DNA of 64,000 bases from Methanothermococcus sp. SCGC AD-155-E23 (GCA_019561615.1 JAHEQA010000036.1:1-64000), one strand, 5' to 3'. Shown: positions 29,439-40,746, counted from the stretch's first letter. Notes: generated by a model from the sequence alone, not told the origin. Program-made: numbers and translations.

Positions 29439-31773
29439 GCTCCAATCTTTTATTGAGGATATAGCCTATACCCTGGCCGAAGCTTATACCTCCATCTCCA
29501 TTTGGCACCCTACTGTGATAGAGGAATTTAAAGCCCTCCTCCTCAACCCTCCTCCTTATTAACTGAGAGATGATAGTGTTGTAGGATACCCCTCCAGTAA
29601 GACCTATGTACTCTACCCCCTCCCTCTCCCCAAACTTTAGAGCCATGGTGGAGAGCCCCTCCCCTATAGCCAGGTGTATATAGAGCCCTATAAACTCCCT
29701 CTCATAACCCTCCAACAACATGTTGTAGGCCCTGTAGACCAGATCACTTGTAATAAGTCTATTACCCTTTATCCTAATATCCTCCCTGGCCATCTCTAGG
29801 CATCTCCTATACTCCCTCTCACTATAACCCCTAGACCTTACAAACCCCTCCAATCTTATGGCAGGTTCTCCATCGTAGGTTTTCCTATGGCAGATGGAGA
29901 GCATGGCAGATAGGGCATCTAGCACCCTTCCACAGGATGTGGTCTCCTGGAGGTTTATCCCCCTCTCTAACTGGAAGAGTATAAGTTCCAAGGTTCTATC
30001 GTCGAAGACGTTATAGCCCCTTATAAACTCCAGTAACTCCTCCCTCTCCAACCTCTTGTAAAGTATAGCCATCAACATCCTAAGGGGATACTCTGTACAT
30101 ATATCCCCTCCAGGCATGTACTGTTCCTCAAGATGTCCCATCCTCTCCATCCTCTTATCCCTATACCTCAGGATCTCGCCACCCCATATCTTACCGTCTT
30201 CTCCATAGCCTAGACCGTCAATGGCGACGATTATTGAATCCTGGAATATGTCCTCATCCCCAAGGAGGGCGTAGGCGTGGGCCTTGTGATGTTGAATACT
30301 GTAGAGTTCTGCGTCAAACCTCTCTGCCAACTCCCTGGCCAGTCTAGTGGAGTTGTATCCTGGATGTAGGTCACATACCACCCCCTGGATATCCCTGGTG
30401 TTGGTGATCCTCAGCAACCTCTCTATCCCCTCACTTAAATATTTAAATGTCTCATACTTTGAGGTGTTCCCAATATGTTGGGAGAGGTAGAATCTATTAC
30501 CCTTTATTAAACATGCCGTTGAATTTATCTCAGGACCTACTGCAATAATATTCTCCCTGTTTTCCCTAATATCCCTGTGATTTACTACAACAACAGGCTC
30601 TGGAACATACCCCCTGGACCTTCTAAGAAACACCACCCTCTTGTCAACCCTCTTTACTACACTGTCATCACATCTGTTGACGATCTCCCTGTTGTGGATT
30701 AAAAAGTAGTCTGCAATACCCCTTAACTTATGGAGTATCTCATCGTTCTCTATAACCATGGGGTGCCCAGGAAGGTTTCCAGAGGTCATAACATAGGCCA
30801 GTGCCTCTGAACCCTCCAAGAGGAGGTAGTGTAACCCAGAGTAAGGTAGCATAACCCCTATTGTATCTAAGTTGGAGATGTACTCCGAGAAGTAACTGTT
30901 GTAATCCCTACCCTTCTTCAACACTACTATAGGTCTCCTTGGAGACTTTAAAAGGGCCCACTCCTCCTCCCCCACCTCTGCAAAGAGTTCAAGGTTATCC
31001 TCCTTAGACATAACTGCAAAGGGCTGAGTAGGTCTACCTAGACGCTCCCTAAGTTCTAGAACAACATGGTCCATGTCACACCTACATGCAAGATGGGTGC
31101 CTCCAATACCCTTCACAGCCAGAATAGAACCCTCATTTAGAAGTTTTACACCTTCAAGTATGGCCTTGTCACCTTCACCTAACACCTTACCTTCACTATC
31201 CACAAGGTAGACCTGTGGGCCACACCTTGGACAGCAGGTTGCCTGGGCGTGGAATCTCCTATCCCTGGGATCCCTATACTCCCTTAGACACTCCTCACAT
31301 AGGGGGAAATCAGCCATGGAGGTATTCTCCCTGTCGTAAGGTAGTCTCTTAACTATGGTAAATCTTGGACCGCAGTTTGTACATGCTATAAAGGGGTATC
31401 TGTATCTCCTGTTCCTCCTATCCCACATCTCCCTTAGACACTCCTCACAGATGGACACATCTGGAGGTACTGTACCTCCATCTTCCTCTACCCTACCACC
31501 ACTACCCTCTATAACGAAGTCCCTGTAGAGTAGTGGGAGACTGTAATCTAGCACCTCCATCTTCTCTATCTGAGCCAGAGGTGGCTTCTTATCCCTTATA
31601 TCCCTTAGAAAGTTTCTTATATCTTCCTCCTCCCCAGATACCACTATTTCAACGTAGTTCCCCATATTTTTTACATAACCCTTTAAGTTGTTCTCCCTAC
31701 CTATCCTGTAGATAAAGGGTCGAAATCCAACCCCCTGGACCACTCCCTTTACAATTATCTTCTTTGTCTCCAT
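29431..31773 (-). CDS. hypF: [NiFe]-hydrogenase maturation carbamoyltransferase HypF
   Basis: GVVQGVGFRPF acylphosphatase domain, zinc fingers (CTNCGPR, RRFHAQATCCPRCGP), QHHKAH, DGLGYG and NGDGGISFGQ. Confidence 0.96.
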   Translation of the reverse strand: METKKIIVKGVVQGVGFRPFIYRIGRENNLKGYVKNMGNYVEIVVSGEEEDIRNFLRDIRDKKPPLAQIEKMEVLDYSLPLLYRDFVIEGSGGRVEEDGGTVPPDVSICEECLREMWDRRNRRYRYPFIACTNCGPRFTIVKRLPYDRENTSMADFPLCEECLREYRDPRDRRFHAQATCCPRCGPQVYLVDSEGKVLGEGDKAILEGVKLLNEGSILAVKGIGGTHLACRCDMDHVVLELRERLGRPTQPFAVMSKEDNLELFAEVGEEEWALLKSPRRPIVVLKKGRDYNSYFSEYISNLDTIGVMLPYSGLHYLLLEGSEALAYVMTSGNLPGHPMVIENDEILHKLRGIADYFLIHNREIVNRCDDSVVKRVDKRVVFLRRSRGYVPEPVVVVNHRDIRENRENIIAVGPEINSTACLIKGNRFYLSQHIGNTSKYETFKYLSEGIERLLRITNTRDIQGVVCDLHPGYNSTRLARELAERFDAELYSIQHHKAHAYALLGDEDIFQDSIIVAIDGLGYGEDGKIWGGEILRYRDKRMERMGHLEEQYMPGGDICTEYPLRMLMAILYKRLEREELLEFIRGYNVFDDRTLELILFQLERGINLQETTSCGRVLDALSAMLSICHRKTYDGEPAIRLEGFVRSRGYSEREYRRCLEMAREDIRIKGNRLITSDLVYRAYNMLLEGYEREFIGLYIHLAIGEGLSTMALKFGEREGVEYIGLTGGVSYNTIISQLIRRRVEEEGFKFLYHSRVPNGDGGISFGQGIGYILNKRLEHG

Positions 31774-31871
31774 ACCTATCCCCTTATAGGTTAAAAGAAA
31801 AGTATAAAAATAATTATTACTAAAGTCTTAATTCTTTTTTACCCTTTACACCAGAAGTTGGGGAAATTTAT

Positions 31872-32624
31872 ATGGAGGAGCTTATAGTAATCATTCCAAC
31901 CTACAACGAGGAGAAGAATATTTTGAAGGTTTTAAAGGATTTGAACAACATTCCTGTAGATGTGCTCATTGTAGACGATGGAAGTACAGATAACACTAAA
32001 GAGGTTATCCAGGAGTACCTAGATAGAGGGGAGCATAGAAACAGGATATACACCATATTTAAGGAGAGAAATGAGGGTAAATCAAAGGCCCTTCAAAGTG
32101 GAACAGAGTTGGCCTTGAAGTTAGGATATAGGTACATTGTATTCATGGATGGTGACTACCAGCATAAACCTAAGGACATCCCAAAGATGTTTAAAAAGTT
32201 AAAGAAGTGTAAGGGAGATGCCGTCTTCGGTATAAGGAGGTACTCCTCCATCCCACTCCATAGACAGATATCCAACTTCCTAGCCAGTGTCTCCATGTCT
32301 CTCCTTATATCCCTATACCTAGGTAGGGTATACATCTTCAGGGATATACAATGTGGATTCAGGATCATCAGGGGTGATCTCCTGAGGGATATATACTTTG
32401 GTGAGGGGTACAGTGTGGAACATTTAGTCGCTATACAGCTGGCTAAAAAGGGGGCAAAGATAGTGGAGGAGTATATAGATGTGGAGTACCATCCAGAGGC
32501 CCACTCCCACATCACAACTAGAAAGATACTTGACGTTATGATGGAAGTTGCAAGGTATGTAATATCTGATATTAAGTCATCCCTTAGAGGAAGTAAGGGT
32601 CTTGTAAACCTCTATAGAAAGTGA
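31872..32624 (+). CDS. glycosyltransferase family 2 (DPM synthase-like)
   Basis: IIPTYNEE, VDDGSTDNT, N-GK, MDGDYQH and DIQCGFR. Confidence 0.9.
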   Translation: MEELIVIIPTYNEEKNILKVLKDLNNIPVDVLIVDDGSTDNTKEVIQEYLDRGEHRNRIYTIFKERNEGKSKALQSGTELALKLGYRYIVFMDGDYQHKPKDIPKMFKKLKKCKGDAVFGIRRYSSIPLHRQISNFLASVSMSLLISLYLGRVYIFRDIQCGFRIIRGDLLRDIYFGEGYSVEHLVAIQLAKKGAKIVEEYIDVEYHPEAHSHITTRKILDVMMEVARYVISDIKSSLRGSKGLVNLYRK

Positions 32625-33130
32625 GGGAAATGAAATACAGGGCGTTAAATAGAGAGGAGATAGAGAGTATAAAAAACATACTAAGTTACTACCTCAGTAA
32701 GGAGGACATAGAAAATTTTAAATTTAAGAATCTTTACCTCCTATACGACAGGGATAGATACGACGTTATCTACGCCACTGAGGAGGTTCTAAAAAATCTA
32801 AGGCTCTTTAAGAACATCTATGGAGCAGGTTTAATATTTGGAAATTTTAAGAAGAAGAAGGATAAGATTAAATTTACACTGTCTCTAGAGGGGATGGATC
32901 TCATCTCTAAGGATATAGTCAAGAACTACGCCGTGGTAAATAGAAAGGGGGAGGTTCTCTTTCTATACGGGAGGGATATATTTCTCTCCTCTGTTTTGGA
33001 GTTAAAGGGTGGGGGGAGATTGGCTATCTTCAACAGGGACAGGGAGTTTCTAGGTATCGGTAGCTATGGAGGGGGGGATATCATAAAGAACGTTATAGAT
33101 AAGGGATGGTACCTAAGGGAAGGGGGATGA
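32621..33130 (+). CDS. Nip7-like/PUA-domain ribosome biogenesis protein
   Basis: G-IFG, F-LSLEG, GE-LFLYGRDI, LGIG and NVIDKGWYLREGG. ATG 32630 may be the true start. Confidence 0.8.
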   Translation: MREMKYRALNREEIESIKNILSYYLSKEDIENFKFKNLYLLYDRDRYDVIYATEEVLKNLRLFKNIYGAGLIFGNFKKKKDKIKFTLSLEGMDLISKDIVKNYAVVNRKGEVLFLYGRDIFLSSVLELKGGGRLAIFNRDREFLGIGSYGGGDIIKNVIDKGWYLREGG

Positions 33131-33939
33131 CTATGGAATCCAAGACACTTATAAGACGTATACTGAAGGACATCTATAGAAATTTAGACGAGTACTCCAA
33201 GGATCTTATAAGGGCCTGTAATTACAAGGTAAAGTTCCAAGGCCTATTTTTAGTGGAGAGAGATACTGGAAAGAGGAGAAATATAAGGTCCCTGGAGGAG
33301 TGTGAATCTCTACCATCCTTTAAGGTGGAGGATAGGGAGTACACCCTCAAAGGTGTCAATCTAGAGGATGTCCACAGGGACACCTTGGAGATACTTCTAT
33401 CTTCAAAGACCTCTAAGGGTTACTCCTTCAAGGTGGACAAGGACTACAGGGTCGTTGGACCTAAAAGGGATATCACCTATGAGCATAGGGAGAGGATACT
33501 AAGGTGGAATGAACTCTCCGAGGAGGAGTTGGATAAAAAACTTGACAGGTTCTACGATATTGTTGAGAGAGTATGTGAGGACCTAAGGAAGGTAGAGGGT
33601 ATGGAGAAGTACAACTTCATGGTATACACAGATATATTCATGGATCTGGAGGTTGTAGAAAACATCGTTGAGAGAGAGGAAGATATAACTATCATCTGGA
33701 TCCATCCCCTCTACCTCTTCTCCAGTGAGAGGGTCTTAAAGGGTGTTGTAGCCTACGAGTTGTCCACCTACAACAGAAGGATTCTGGAGGAGTTCTACAG
33801 GGATATCCTAGAGTACTGTAGGGAGTACAAGAAACTCTTTGGCAAGAACTTGAAGGTACTCAAGGAGATAAAGGACATTGCCATAAAGAGAAAGGATAAA
33901 GAGGTTATGGATATTATTAGGGAGATAGAGGAGATCTAA
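33127..33939 (+). CDS. hypothetical protein
   Basis: Long ORF with host codon usage and an ATGA overlap with the upstream gene. No recognised family. Confidence 0.75.
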   Translation: MTMESKTLIRRILKDIYRNLDEYSKDLIRACNYKVKFQGLFLVERDTGKRRNIRSLEECESLPSFKVEDREYTLKGVNLEDVHRDTLEILLSSKTSKGYSFKVDKDYRVVGPKRDITYEHRERILRWNELSEEELDKKLDRFYDIVERVCEDLRKVEGMEKYNFMVYTDIFMDLEVVENIVEREEDITIIWIHPLYLFSSERVLKGVVAYELSTYNRRILEEFYRDILEYCREYKKLFGKNLKVLKEIKDIAIKRKDKEVMDIIREIEEI

Positions 33940-33975
33940 TTTTTTTAATATTTAGAGGGTAGAGAGGGTGACTCC

Positions 33976-35931
33976 ATGTTCCAGATAAAGGCGAGAGATG
34001 GAATGGGAAGGATTGGAAAGTTGGAGATAAAGGGCAAGGTAATTGAAACACCAACGATAATGCCTGTTATACATCCCAATCCAGAGAAGCAACTTGTCCC
34101 CATGGAGAAGGTTAAGAAACTTGCAGATGTGGTGATTACAAATGCCTATATTATATACTCCAATCCTGAGCTTAGAAAAATTGCAGAGGAGGAGGGTGTC
34201 CACAAGCTTATAGGGTTTGACAAGGTGGTAGTTACAGACAGTGGCTCCTTCCAACTAAGTGTATATGGGGACATAGACGTGGAGCCCCTGGAGATAGTAG
34301 AGTTCCAGGAAAAGATAGGGGTAGACGTAGGTACTATACTTGACATCCCCACACCACCCTATGCAGATAGGGAGGTTGCAGAGAGGGATATGGAGGAGAC
34401 TATAAGGAGGGGTAGGGAGGCTCTAGAATTGAAGAGGAGTAAGAACTTCAGTATGCTCCTCAATGGGACTATACAGGGGTCAACTTACATGGATCTCAGG
34501 AGAAGGTGTGCAGAGATTATGGGCAGTATGGATTTTGACATATACCCCATAGGTGCAGTGGTACCTCTCCTGGAGAAGTACCACTATAAAACCCTTGTAG
34601 ATGTTATCATCAACTCAAAGATGGGCCTACCTACTAACAAACCTGTCCATCTCTTTGGATGTGGACATCCCACCCTCTTTGCCCTTGCAGTTCTCCTTGG
34701 ATGTGATCTATTTGACAGTGCCGCCTACGCCCTCTATGCCAAGGATGACAGGTATCTAACAGAGTATGGAACCTACTATCTCGAGGATTTAAAGGATCTT
34801 AAACAGTTTCCATGCTCCTGCCCTGTATGTAGTGAGTACTCTCCAAAAGAGGTATACAACATGGAGAAGAGGGAGAGGGAGAGGTTACTGGCGGAGCATA
34901 ACCTCTATGTTACCTTCGAGGAGATAAGTAGGGTGAAGGAGGCGATTAGGGAGGGTGCCCTCTGGGAGTTGGTGGAGCTAAGGTGTAGATGTCATCCAAG
35001 GTTGTTAGAGGCCTACAGGCAGGCTTTGAAGTATGTGGAGTTTATAGAGAGGTTTGACCCAGTTACTAAGAAGTCAGGGTTCTTCTATGGAGGATACGAG
35101 AGCCTCTTTAGACCTGAGGTGATAAGGCATAAGGAGAGACTACACAGGATAAGGTATGAGAAGATATTTATTACCACTGTATCCAAGGATGTGGAGAAAC
35201 CCTACAGTGAGAACCTTAACATCCCTCCAACTGATGTAGATATCCTTGTAAAAGATGATGTATTTGGACTGATACCCCTAAATATAGACCTTATCTATCC
35301 ACTGCTCCAAAGTGAGATACCTGAACTCTACGACGTTGAGAAGGAGCACAACAAACAATTTGTAAAGGAGTTTATGGAGAGATACAAGGACAAGATAATG
35401 GATATCGTTACCTACAACTACTATCTCAGCTATTACAGCTCCAAGAAAAAGAAGATCAACAGGGACGTTATAAGGATAGACAGGATGCTCCAGTACCAGT
35501 ACGGATTCAAGATACTAGATGAGGAGATCATGGAGAGAATAATAGTAAGGAGGAGTAAGAGGACAGGTTGGATAAGGAATGTATTTTTAGTTGAGGGGGA
35601 TGAGAAGAAACTCCTATTTACCTTAAGATCCTATGACAACTTCCTTATCCCTACAGAGGAGGGGGCAAAGTTACTACATAGGAAGATACCCTATCCAAAG
35701 TACAGGGTTGTTGTAGATAAGTCTGTTGAGAGGTTTGCAAGGGAGGGGAGATCAGTATACGCCAAGTTTGTTGTAGACTGTGACAGGGATCTAAGACCCT
35801 ACGAGGAGGTACTTGTTGTAAACGAGGATGATGAACTCCTAGGGTATGGAACCACCATACTTAACGGTAGGGAGTTGATGGAGTTTAACTACGGTGTTGC
35901 TGTAGATATGAGAAAGGGTATTAGGGATTAG
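33976..35931 (+). CDS. tgtA: tRNA-guanine(15) transglycosylase (archaeosine pathway)
   Basis: TDSGSFQL, LDIPT, IQGST, HLFG-GHP, FDSAAY, CSCPVC...HN zinc site and a C-terminal PUA domain. Confidence 0.96.
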   Translation: MFQIKARDGMGRIGKLEIKGKVIETPTIMPVIHPNPEKQLVPMEKVKKLADVVITNAYIIYSNPELRKIAEEEGVHKLIGFDKVVVTDSGSFQLSVYGDIDVEPLEIVEFQEKIGVDVGTILDIPTPPYADREVAERDMEETIRRGREALELKRSKNFSMLLNGTIQGSTYMDLRRRCAEIMGSMDFDIYPIGAVVPLLEKYHYKTLVDVIINSKMGLPTNKPVHLFGCGHPTLFALAVLLGCDLFDSAAYALYAKDDRYLTEYGTYYLEDLKDLKQFPCSCPVCSEYSPKEVYNMEKRERERLLAEHNLYVTFEEISRVKEAIREGALWELVELRCRCHPRLLEAYRQALKYVEFIERFDPVTKKSGFFYGGYESLFRPEVIRHKERLHRIRYEKIFITTVSKDVEKPYSENLNIPPTDVDILVKDDVFGLIPLNIDLIYPLLQSEIPELYDVEKEHNKQFVKEFMERYKDKIMDIVTYNYYLSYYSSKKKKINRDVIRIDRMLQYQYGFKILDEEIMERIIVRRSKRTGWIRNVFLVEGDEKKLLFTLRSYDNFLIPTEEGAKLLHRKIPYPKYRVVVDKSVERFAREGRSVYAKFVVDCDRDLRPYEEVLVVNEDDELLGYGTTILNGRELMEFNYGVAVDMRKGIRD

Positions 35932-36949
35932 TCTTTAACCTAGACTTGATAGGTGGTGTGTAGATAGGTTCCTCCTTAAGTATACCCTCTGGTTTGTAGC
36001 AGAGTATGAGAAGTGCCAAGATCCCAAAGACTATATACTGTAGCCAGACTGCCTCAAAGGGTAGGTGAAGTAGATACTTGATATCGAACTTGTAGAAGTC
36101 TATCAGCATCTTAAGTAGCACAAATATAAAGGCACCTAGAACTACCCCCTTGTTGTTCCCCTTACCTCCCAGAAGTACTATAAGGAAGGGGTAGAACGTC
36201 CATTCAACCCTGTTAAATGCATTTACTACAACACTTGAGGAGTAGAATACAAAGATCACCCCTGCAATGGCAGCGATTGCAGAACCTAGGGCCATGGTTT
36301 TAACCCTTAACTTCATCACATCCCTACCAAAGGCCTTTATTAGATCCTCGTTCTCCCTGTGACCCCTAAGTATCCTACCGTAGGGACTGTTCAACAACCT
36401 CTCCAGGAAGAGGTAAACAAGTAGTGCAGATATCAAAGCCAGTACTGTATAGGCGTAAACCCTGTACTCCCCAGGTACAAAGGCCAGTATATCAGGTACT
36501 GATACCCCGTAGTATCCTCCTACTATCTCTGTGTTGTAAAATAAGATGAGATAAACCACCTCACTTATGGCCAAGAGGGTAACACCTAGGTAGTCCCCCT
36601 TAAGTTTTGCACTTGGGAGTATAGAGAGTGCCCCTGCTATAGCCCCTGCAACTACAGCCATTGTTACACAGAATAGAAAGATGCCCAATCCTATCAGTGG
36701 ATTTTGACTTATTATCTCTGTCATCTTATAGGCTGCAAGGCTACTTGCAGAGATAAAGTCTCCCTCAATTCCAAAGTACCAGATTAAAAGTCTATTTAAA
36801 ATCCCCCCAACTACAAGGGCACCTGTCAATACAGAGAGGGCCTTACCAAAGTTAGGTATCCCTCCATATCCAAACTCCAGGTTTAAACTAAGAGATACTA
36901 TGGTGTAGAGAGCGAAGAAAAAGAGTATTAGGGTTATAAGTTCAACCAT
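35921..36949 (-). CDS. livM: branched-chain amino acid ABC transporter permease (LivM-like)
   Basis: SLNLEFGYGGIPNFG, LKGDYLGVTLLA, SPYGRILR and LLGGKGNNKG. Confidence 0.88.
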   Translation of the reverse strand: MVELITLILFFFALYTIVSLSLNLEFGYGGIPNFGKALSVLTGALVVGGILNRLLIWYFGIEGDFISASSLAAYKMTEIISQNPLIGLGIFLFCVTMAVVAGAIAGALSILPSAKLKGDYLGVTLLAISEVVYLILFYNTEIVGGYYGVSVPDILAFVPGEYRVYAYTVLALISALLVYLFLERLLNSPYGRILRGHRENEDLIKAFGRDVMKLRVKTMALGSAIAAIAGVIFVFYSSSVVVNAFNRVEWTFYPFLIVLLGGKGNNKGVVLGAFIFVLLKMLIDFYKFDIKYLLHLPFEAVWLQYIVFGILALLILCYKPEGILKEEPIYTPPIKSRLKTNP

Positions 36950-37854
36950 CTTTCCACCCTCCTCCACATCTCAGTACCAGTTATACCCCTTGGATGTAGG
37001 AGTATGGTAACTATCATCATAAGTAGGGAGATCACCTTGCTGTAAACCAGGACACCAGGTCCTAGGAGTATGGAGAGTATATATGTAAACAGGGACTCGG
37101 AGACCCCTATGATATAACCCCCTACCAGGGCACCTACTATATGGTAGAGTCCTCCCACTATACTAGCAGCAAATATGGAGACTACAATGAAGTATCCAGT
37201 TTGAGGGATTATCTCCTGAAGGTAGGGGAGTACAGAACCAGCCATACATGCAAGAGCTCCAGAGAGGAACCAGGAGAAGAGTCTAGTATTCTCCACATTT
37301 ATACCCATAGCCTCTGCCAGGGAGGGGTTCTCCATAGAGGCCCTAAGTGCAATACCAAATTTAGTTTTATAGAGTAACAGGTAAAGACCTAGGATAGTTA
37401 AAAGTACTAGAAGAGAGGATACTACAAGTCTTCCAGGTATACCGTAGATATTGAAGTCCAGGGAGGTAAATACGAAAAGTGTCTCGGTTTTCTTTGTTAT
37501 GGCACTTAACACCTCAGAGTAGGCCCCTATTATACCGAAGAGAATAAGATCCCAGGCCAAGGTAGCTATCATCAACATCTCTATAGAGGCCTTCCTCTTG
37601 ATAAGTGGCTTCAAGGCTATGTAGTAGGTGGAGATTCCCAGGATACCTCCTAGGATAAAGGTAACAGGTATGGAGAGATAGGGGTTTAAACCTATTAACC
37701 TCAACAGTGTTAACGCTATATAGGATCCCACTATGGCGAAGGAGGCCTGGGCAAAGTTTGGCACCCCAGTGGTAATATAGGTCATGGTAAGTCCAAGGGC
37801 CAAAAGTACTAGAAGATTTGACCACACTATAGCACCTATAAGTACATCTATCAT
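36934..37854 (-). CDS. livH: branched-chain amino acid ABC transporter permease (LivH-like)
   Basis: LALGLT-TY----VPNFAQ, TKFGIALRA, NPSLAEAMGIN and AASIVGG. Confidence 0.88.
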   Translation of the reverse strand: MIDVLIGAIVWSNLLVLLALGLTMTYITTGVPNFAQASFAIVGSYIALTLLRLIGLNPYLSIPVTFILGGILGISTYYIALKPLIKRKASIEMLMIATLAWDLILFGIIGAYSEVLSAITKKTETLFVFTSLDFNIYGIPGRLVVSSLLVLLTILGLYLLLYKTKFGIALRASMENPSLAEAMGINVENTRLFSWFLSGALACMAGSVLPYLQEIIPQTGYFIVVSIFAASIVGGLYHIVGALVGGYIIGVSESLFTYILSILLGPGVLVYSKVISLLMMIVTILLHPRGITGTEMWRRVERWLNL

Positions 37855-37884
37855 CCCTATCACCGTTAAAAAAATAAAAAATTT

Positions 37885-38607
37885 TTAACATTCCTCGATA
37901 CCTACTACACCTAGGAAGTAACTTTGGAATTTCTCATGGTTTAGAAGAGACTTAGCTGAGCCTCCATAGGCCACCCTACCACTGACGAACATATAACCTA
38001 CATCACTTATCTCCAGTGCCCTCTTTGCATTCTGTTCCACTAATATAGGGGTGATATCGTAGTTATCCCTCAACTCCACTATCTTGTCAAATATAACCTG
38101 GGCAAGTTTTGGAGACAGTTGTGCAGTAGGTTCATCTAACATCAGTATCCTAGTCTTCCTTACAAGGGCTGTTGCCATTGCAAGCATCTGTCTCTGTCCT
38201 CCACTAAGGGATCCAGCCTTCCTATCCAGTATACCCCTAAGTTCTGGGAACACCTCTAAGGCAAAGTTTATCCTCTCCTCTAACTCATCCCCGTTAAGTA
38301 TATAGCCAGCTATCCTCAGGTTCTCCCTTACAGTGAGGTTTGTAAATACGTTGTTTGTCTGAGGTAGATAGGAGATACCCATCTTAGTCTTCTCATGAGG
38401 TGGTGTATAGGTTATATCCCTTCCCTCATAGGTTACCCTACCTGAGTAGATATCTGTAAGTCCAAAGAGGGATTTGAGGAAGGTGGATTTACCACTACCA
38501 TTTGGACCTACTATGGTGGTTATCTCTCCCTTGGGTACCTCTAGATCTATGTCAAAGAGGATCTGTAACTTTCCATATCCTGAGTTAAGTTTTTCCACCT
38601 TAATCAC
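37885..38607 (-). CDS. livF: branched-chain amino acid ABC transporter ATPase (LivF-like)
   Basis: [31 protein letters not shown] and VEQNA. Confidence 0.9.
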   Translation of the reverse strand: MIKVEKLNSGYGKLQILFDIDLEVPKGEITTIVGPNGSGKSTFLKSLFGLTDIYSGRVTYEGRDITYTPPHEKTKMGISYLPQTNNVFTNLTVRENLRIAGYILNGDELEERINFALEVFPELRGILDRKAGSLSGGQRQMLAMATALVRKTRILMLDEPTAQLSPKLAQVIFDKIVELRDNYDITPILVEQNAKRALEISDVGYMFVSGRVAYGGSAKSLLNHEKFQSYFLGVVGIEEC

Positions 38608-39361
38608 CTATATACACCTCCGTAACTTTTGGATCCTTTAATACCTTTTCAATCTCATCTCTACCCTTTCCATGGGCTATGACAGAACCGTTGAACATAA
38701 CGTAGAGGTTGTCCACGTACTTTAATACAATATCTAAACGGTGTTCCACTATTAAAAAGGATATACCCCTATTCTTCAGCTCAACAACATGGGAGAAGAT
38801 GTTATGGGCGAGACCGGGAGCTACCCCGGCGATAGGTTCATCCATTATGATAAGTTTTGGATCTGTTATAAGTGCCCTCCCTATCTCCAACAACTTCATC
38901 TGACCACCACTTAGAGATTTGGAGGGATGGTCCCATCTGTGATCCAACTTTAAAAACTCCAGTATCTTAAAGGCCCTCTCCACCAACTCCTCCTCTTCCT
39001 TCATCCATCTACTGGGAAAGAGGGCATTTGTAATTTCCTCACCACTGTGCTTTCTACCTATGAGGACGTTCTCAAGAACTGTCATGGACTTTAAAGGTTC
39101 AGGGTTCTGAAAGGTTCTCACTATACCGTAGTTGTAAATCTCGTGAGGTTCCCTGTTTGTTATATCCCTGTTTTCAAATAACACCCTACCAGAGTCTACC
39201 TTTATAAATCCAGATATGGCGTTGATAAGTGTAGACTTACCACTTCCATTAGGTCCCATAACCAGTGTTAGTTTATTCCTCTCCACCTCGATACTTACGT
39301 TGTCAAGGGCCTTTACCCCATCGAAGGATTTACATAGGTTCTTAGTCTCCAAAAGAATCAT
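38600..39361 (-). CDS. livG: branched-chain amino acid ABC transporter ATPase (LivG-like)
   Basis: [40 protein letters not shown] and a C-terminal EVYIG. Confidence 0.9.
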   Translation of the reverse strand: MILLETKNLCKSFDGVKALDNVSIEVERNKLTLVMGPNGSGKSTLINAISGFIKVDSGRVLFENRDITNREPHEIYNYGIVRTFQNPEPLKSMTVLENVLIGRKHSGEEITNALFPSRWMKEEEELVERAFKILEFLKLDHRWDHPSKSLSGGQMKLLEIGRALITDPKLIIMDEPIAGVAPGLAHNIFSHVVELKNRGISFLIVEHRLDIVLKYVDNLYVMFNGSVIAHGKGRDEIEKVLKDPKVTEVYIGD

Positions 39362-39454
39362 GATATCCACCTGAGAAAATAAGTACTGAAAAAATAGAAC
39401 TATCATAATTTTTTATGATAATTGTTGTATAAATAATTAATTAAAAAAAGAGGG

Positions 39455-40720
39455 TTATTTCAGCCACTCCACCCTCTTGGTCTCATACCTCCAGATACCT
39501 GCCTTTACCCATCCATCCTCTGTTACCATGTATATTGCATAATCTCCACTGGCCCTGTCGTTGAATTCGTTAAGCACTATCTTTCCAGAGAGTGGCTTTA
39601 CACCGTACTCTCCATTGTTGTACTTTTGGATTACCTCCCTTATCTTCTCTGTCATAACATCTGCGTCGTACTTACCCTCTGACTCCAGGGTCTCTACGTA
39701 GCCCATGGTTAATACCCAGAGGGCGTCGTAGGATATAAGACCGTAGGATGTTGGTGTACCTCCAAACCTCTCCCTGTACCTGTTGATGTACTCCTCAGGA
39801 CCCTCTGATTCAAAGATGGTACTGTACATTCCAACCTTTGAGGTCTTCTCCTTCAACTCCAGGAGTTTGTCACTTTTCACTATACCATCTGATCCTATCC
39901 ATACAACCTTCAATAGTATGGAGTCCTCTGGGATCTGGGAGAAGAGGGTCGCCCCCTCCTCAAACCCTATGTATATAACCCCTACCTTATCCTTACCCTT
40001 GGAGTTAACAGCCTTCTTCACATCCTCCTCCACCTTGGTTATGTAGGGTGACCAGTCTGCAGGTGAGGGGTTACTTGGGTAGGCTATGTAATCTATAACA
40101 TTTACTCCGTACTTTGGAAGGTTCTTTCTGGTCTCCTGTGAAAGTCCCTTACCCCAGGCATCGTCCCTGTAGAGTATTACCACGTCCTCTATACCTAAAT
40201 CTGCCACTAAACTTGCTATGGCCTCACCTTGGAGGTCGTCACTGGCAACGAACCTGTAGAGGTACTTCTTCTGCTCAGGACTTGTTGCACCTATCAGTGC
40301 AGGTAGCGCCGTAGAGGAAGGGGAGATGACAATTATCTTGTTGGAGAGTGTGTAGGGCAGTATGGTTTTAACCTCACTACTGGACAGTGGACCTATGAAG
40401 AGGTCTACACCTCTTCCCCTTAAAAGTTGAACCTTCTGAAGTGCCAAGTTAGGATCTAACCTTGTATCTTCTGGCAGGATCTCCACCCTATAGGGCATGT
40501 TGTGCTCCTTAAAGTACCTCTCTATGTCCTCCTTGGCCAACTCCAGGTTATTTTTAGTATCTATACCATGGGTGGACAGAGGACCTGAGAAGTCTACGAG
40601 GGCTCCTACCTTTATCACCTTCTCCGATGTGGCACCTCCCTGTCCTGTACCGGTGCCAATACACCCTGCCATTAAAAGGGCTAGTATTACCACCCCTATT
40701 CCAAGTACTTTCTTCCACAT
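39455..40720 (-). CDS. amino acid ABC transporter substrate-binding lipoprotein (LivJ/K family)
   Basis: Lipobox LMAGC, IKVGAL-D-SGP, IGPLSS, SPSST, DDAWG and YDALW. ATG at 40720. Confidence 0.88.
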   Translation of the reverse strand: MWKKVLGIGVVILALLMAGCIGTGTGQGGATSEKVIKVGALVDFSGPLSTHGIDTKNNLELAKEDIERYFKEHNMPYRVEILPEDTRLDPNLALQKVQLLRGRGVDLFIGPLSSSEVKTILPYTLSNKIIVISPSSTALPALIGATSPEQKKYLYRFVASDDLQGEAIASLVADLGIEDVVILYRDDAWGKGLSQETRKNLPKYGVNVIDYIAYPSNPSPADWSPYITKVEEDVKKAVNSKGKDKVGVIYIGFEEGATLFSQIPEDSILLKVVWIGSDGIVKSDKLLELKEKTSKVGMYSTIFESEGPEEYINRYRERFGGTPTSYGLISYDALWVLTMGYVETLESEGKYDADVMTEKIREVIQKYNNGEYGVKPLSGKIVLNEFNDRASGDYAIYMVTEDGWVKAGIWRYETKRVEWLK

Positions 40721-40732
40721 TTCAACCACCCC

Positions 40733-40746
40733 GGAAATCATTTTCC
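40733..40746. promoter_or_regulatory. NrpR nitrogen operator upstream of the liv operon
   Basis: GGAA-ATCATT-TTCC is an exact GGAA-N6-TTCC match, lying between the TATA region and the RBS of the binding-protein gene. Confidence 0.75.
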
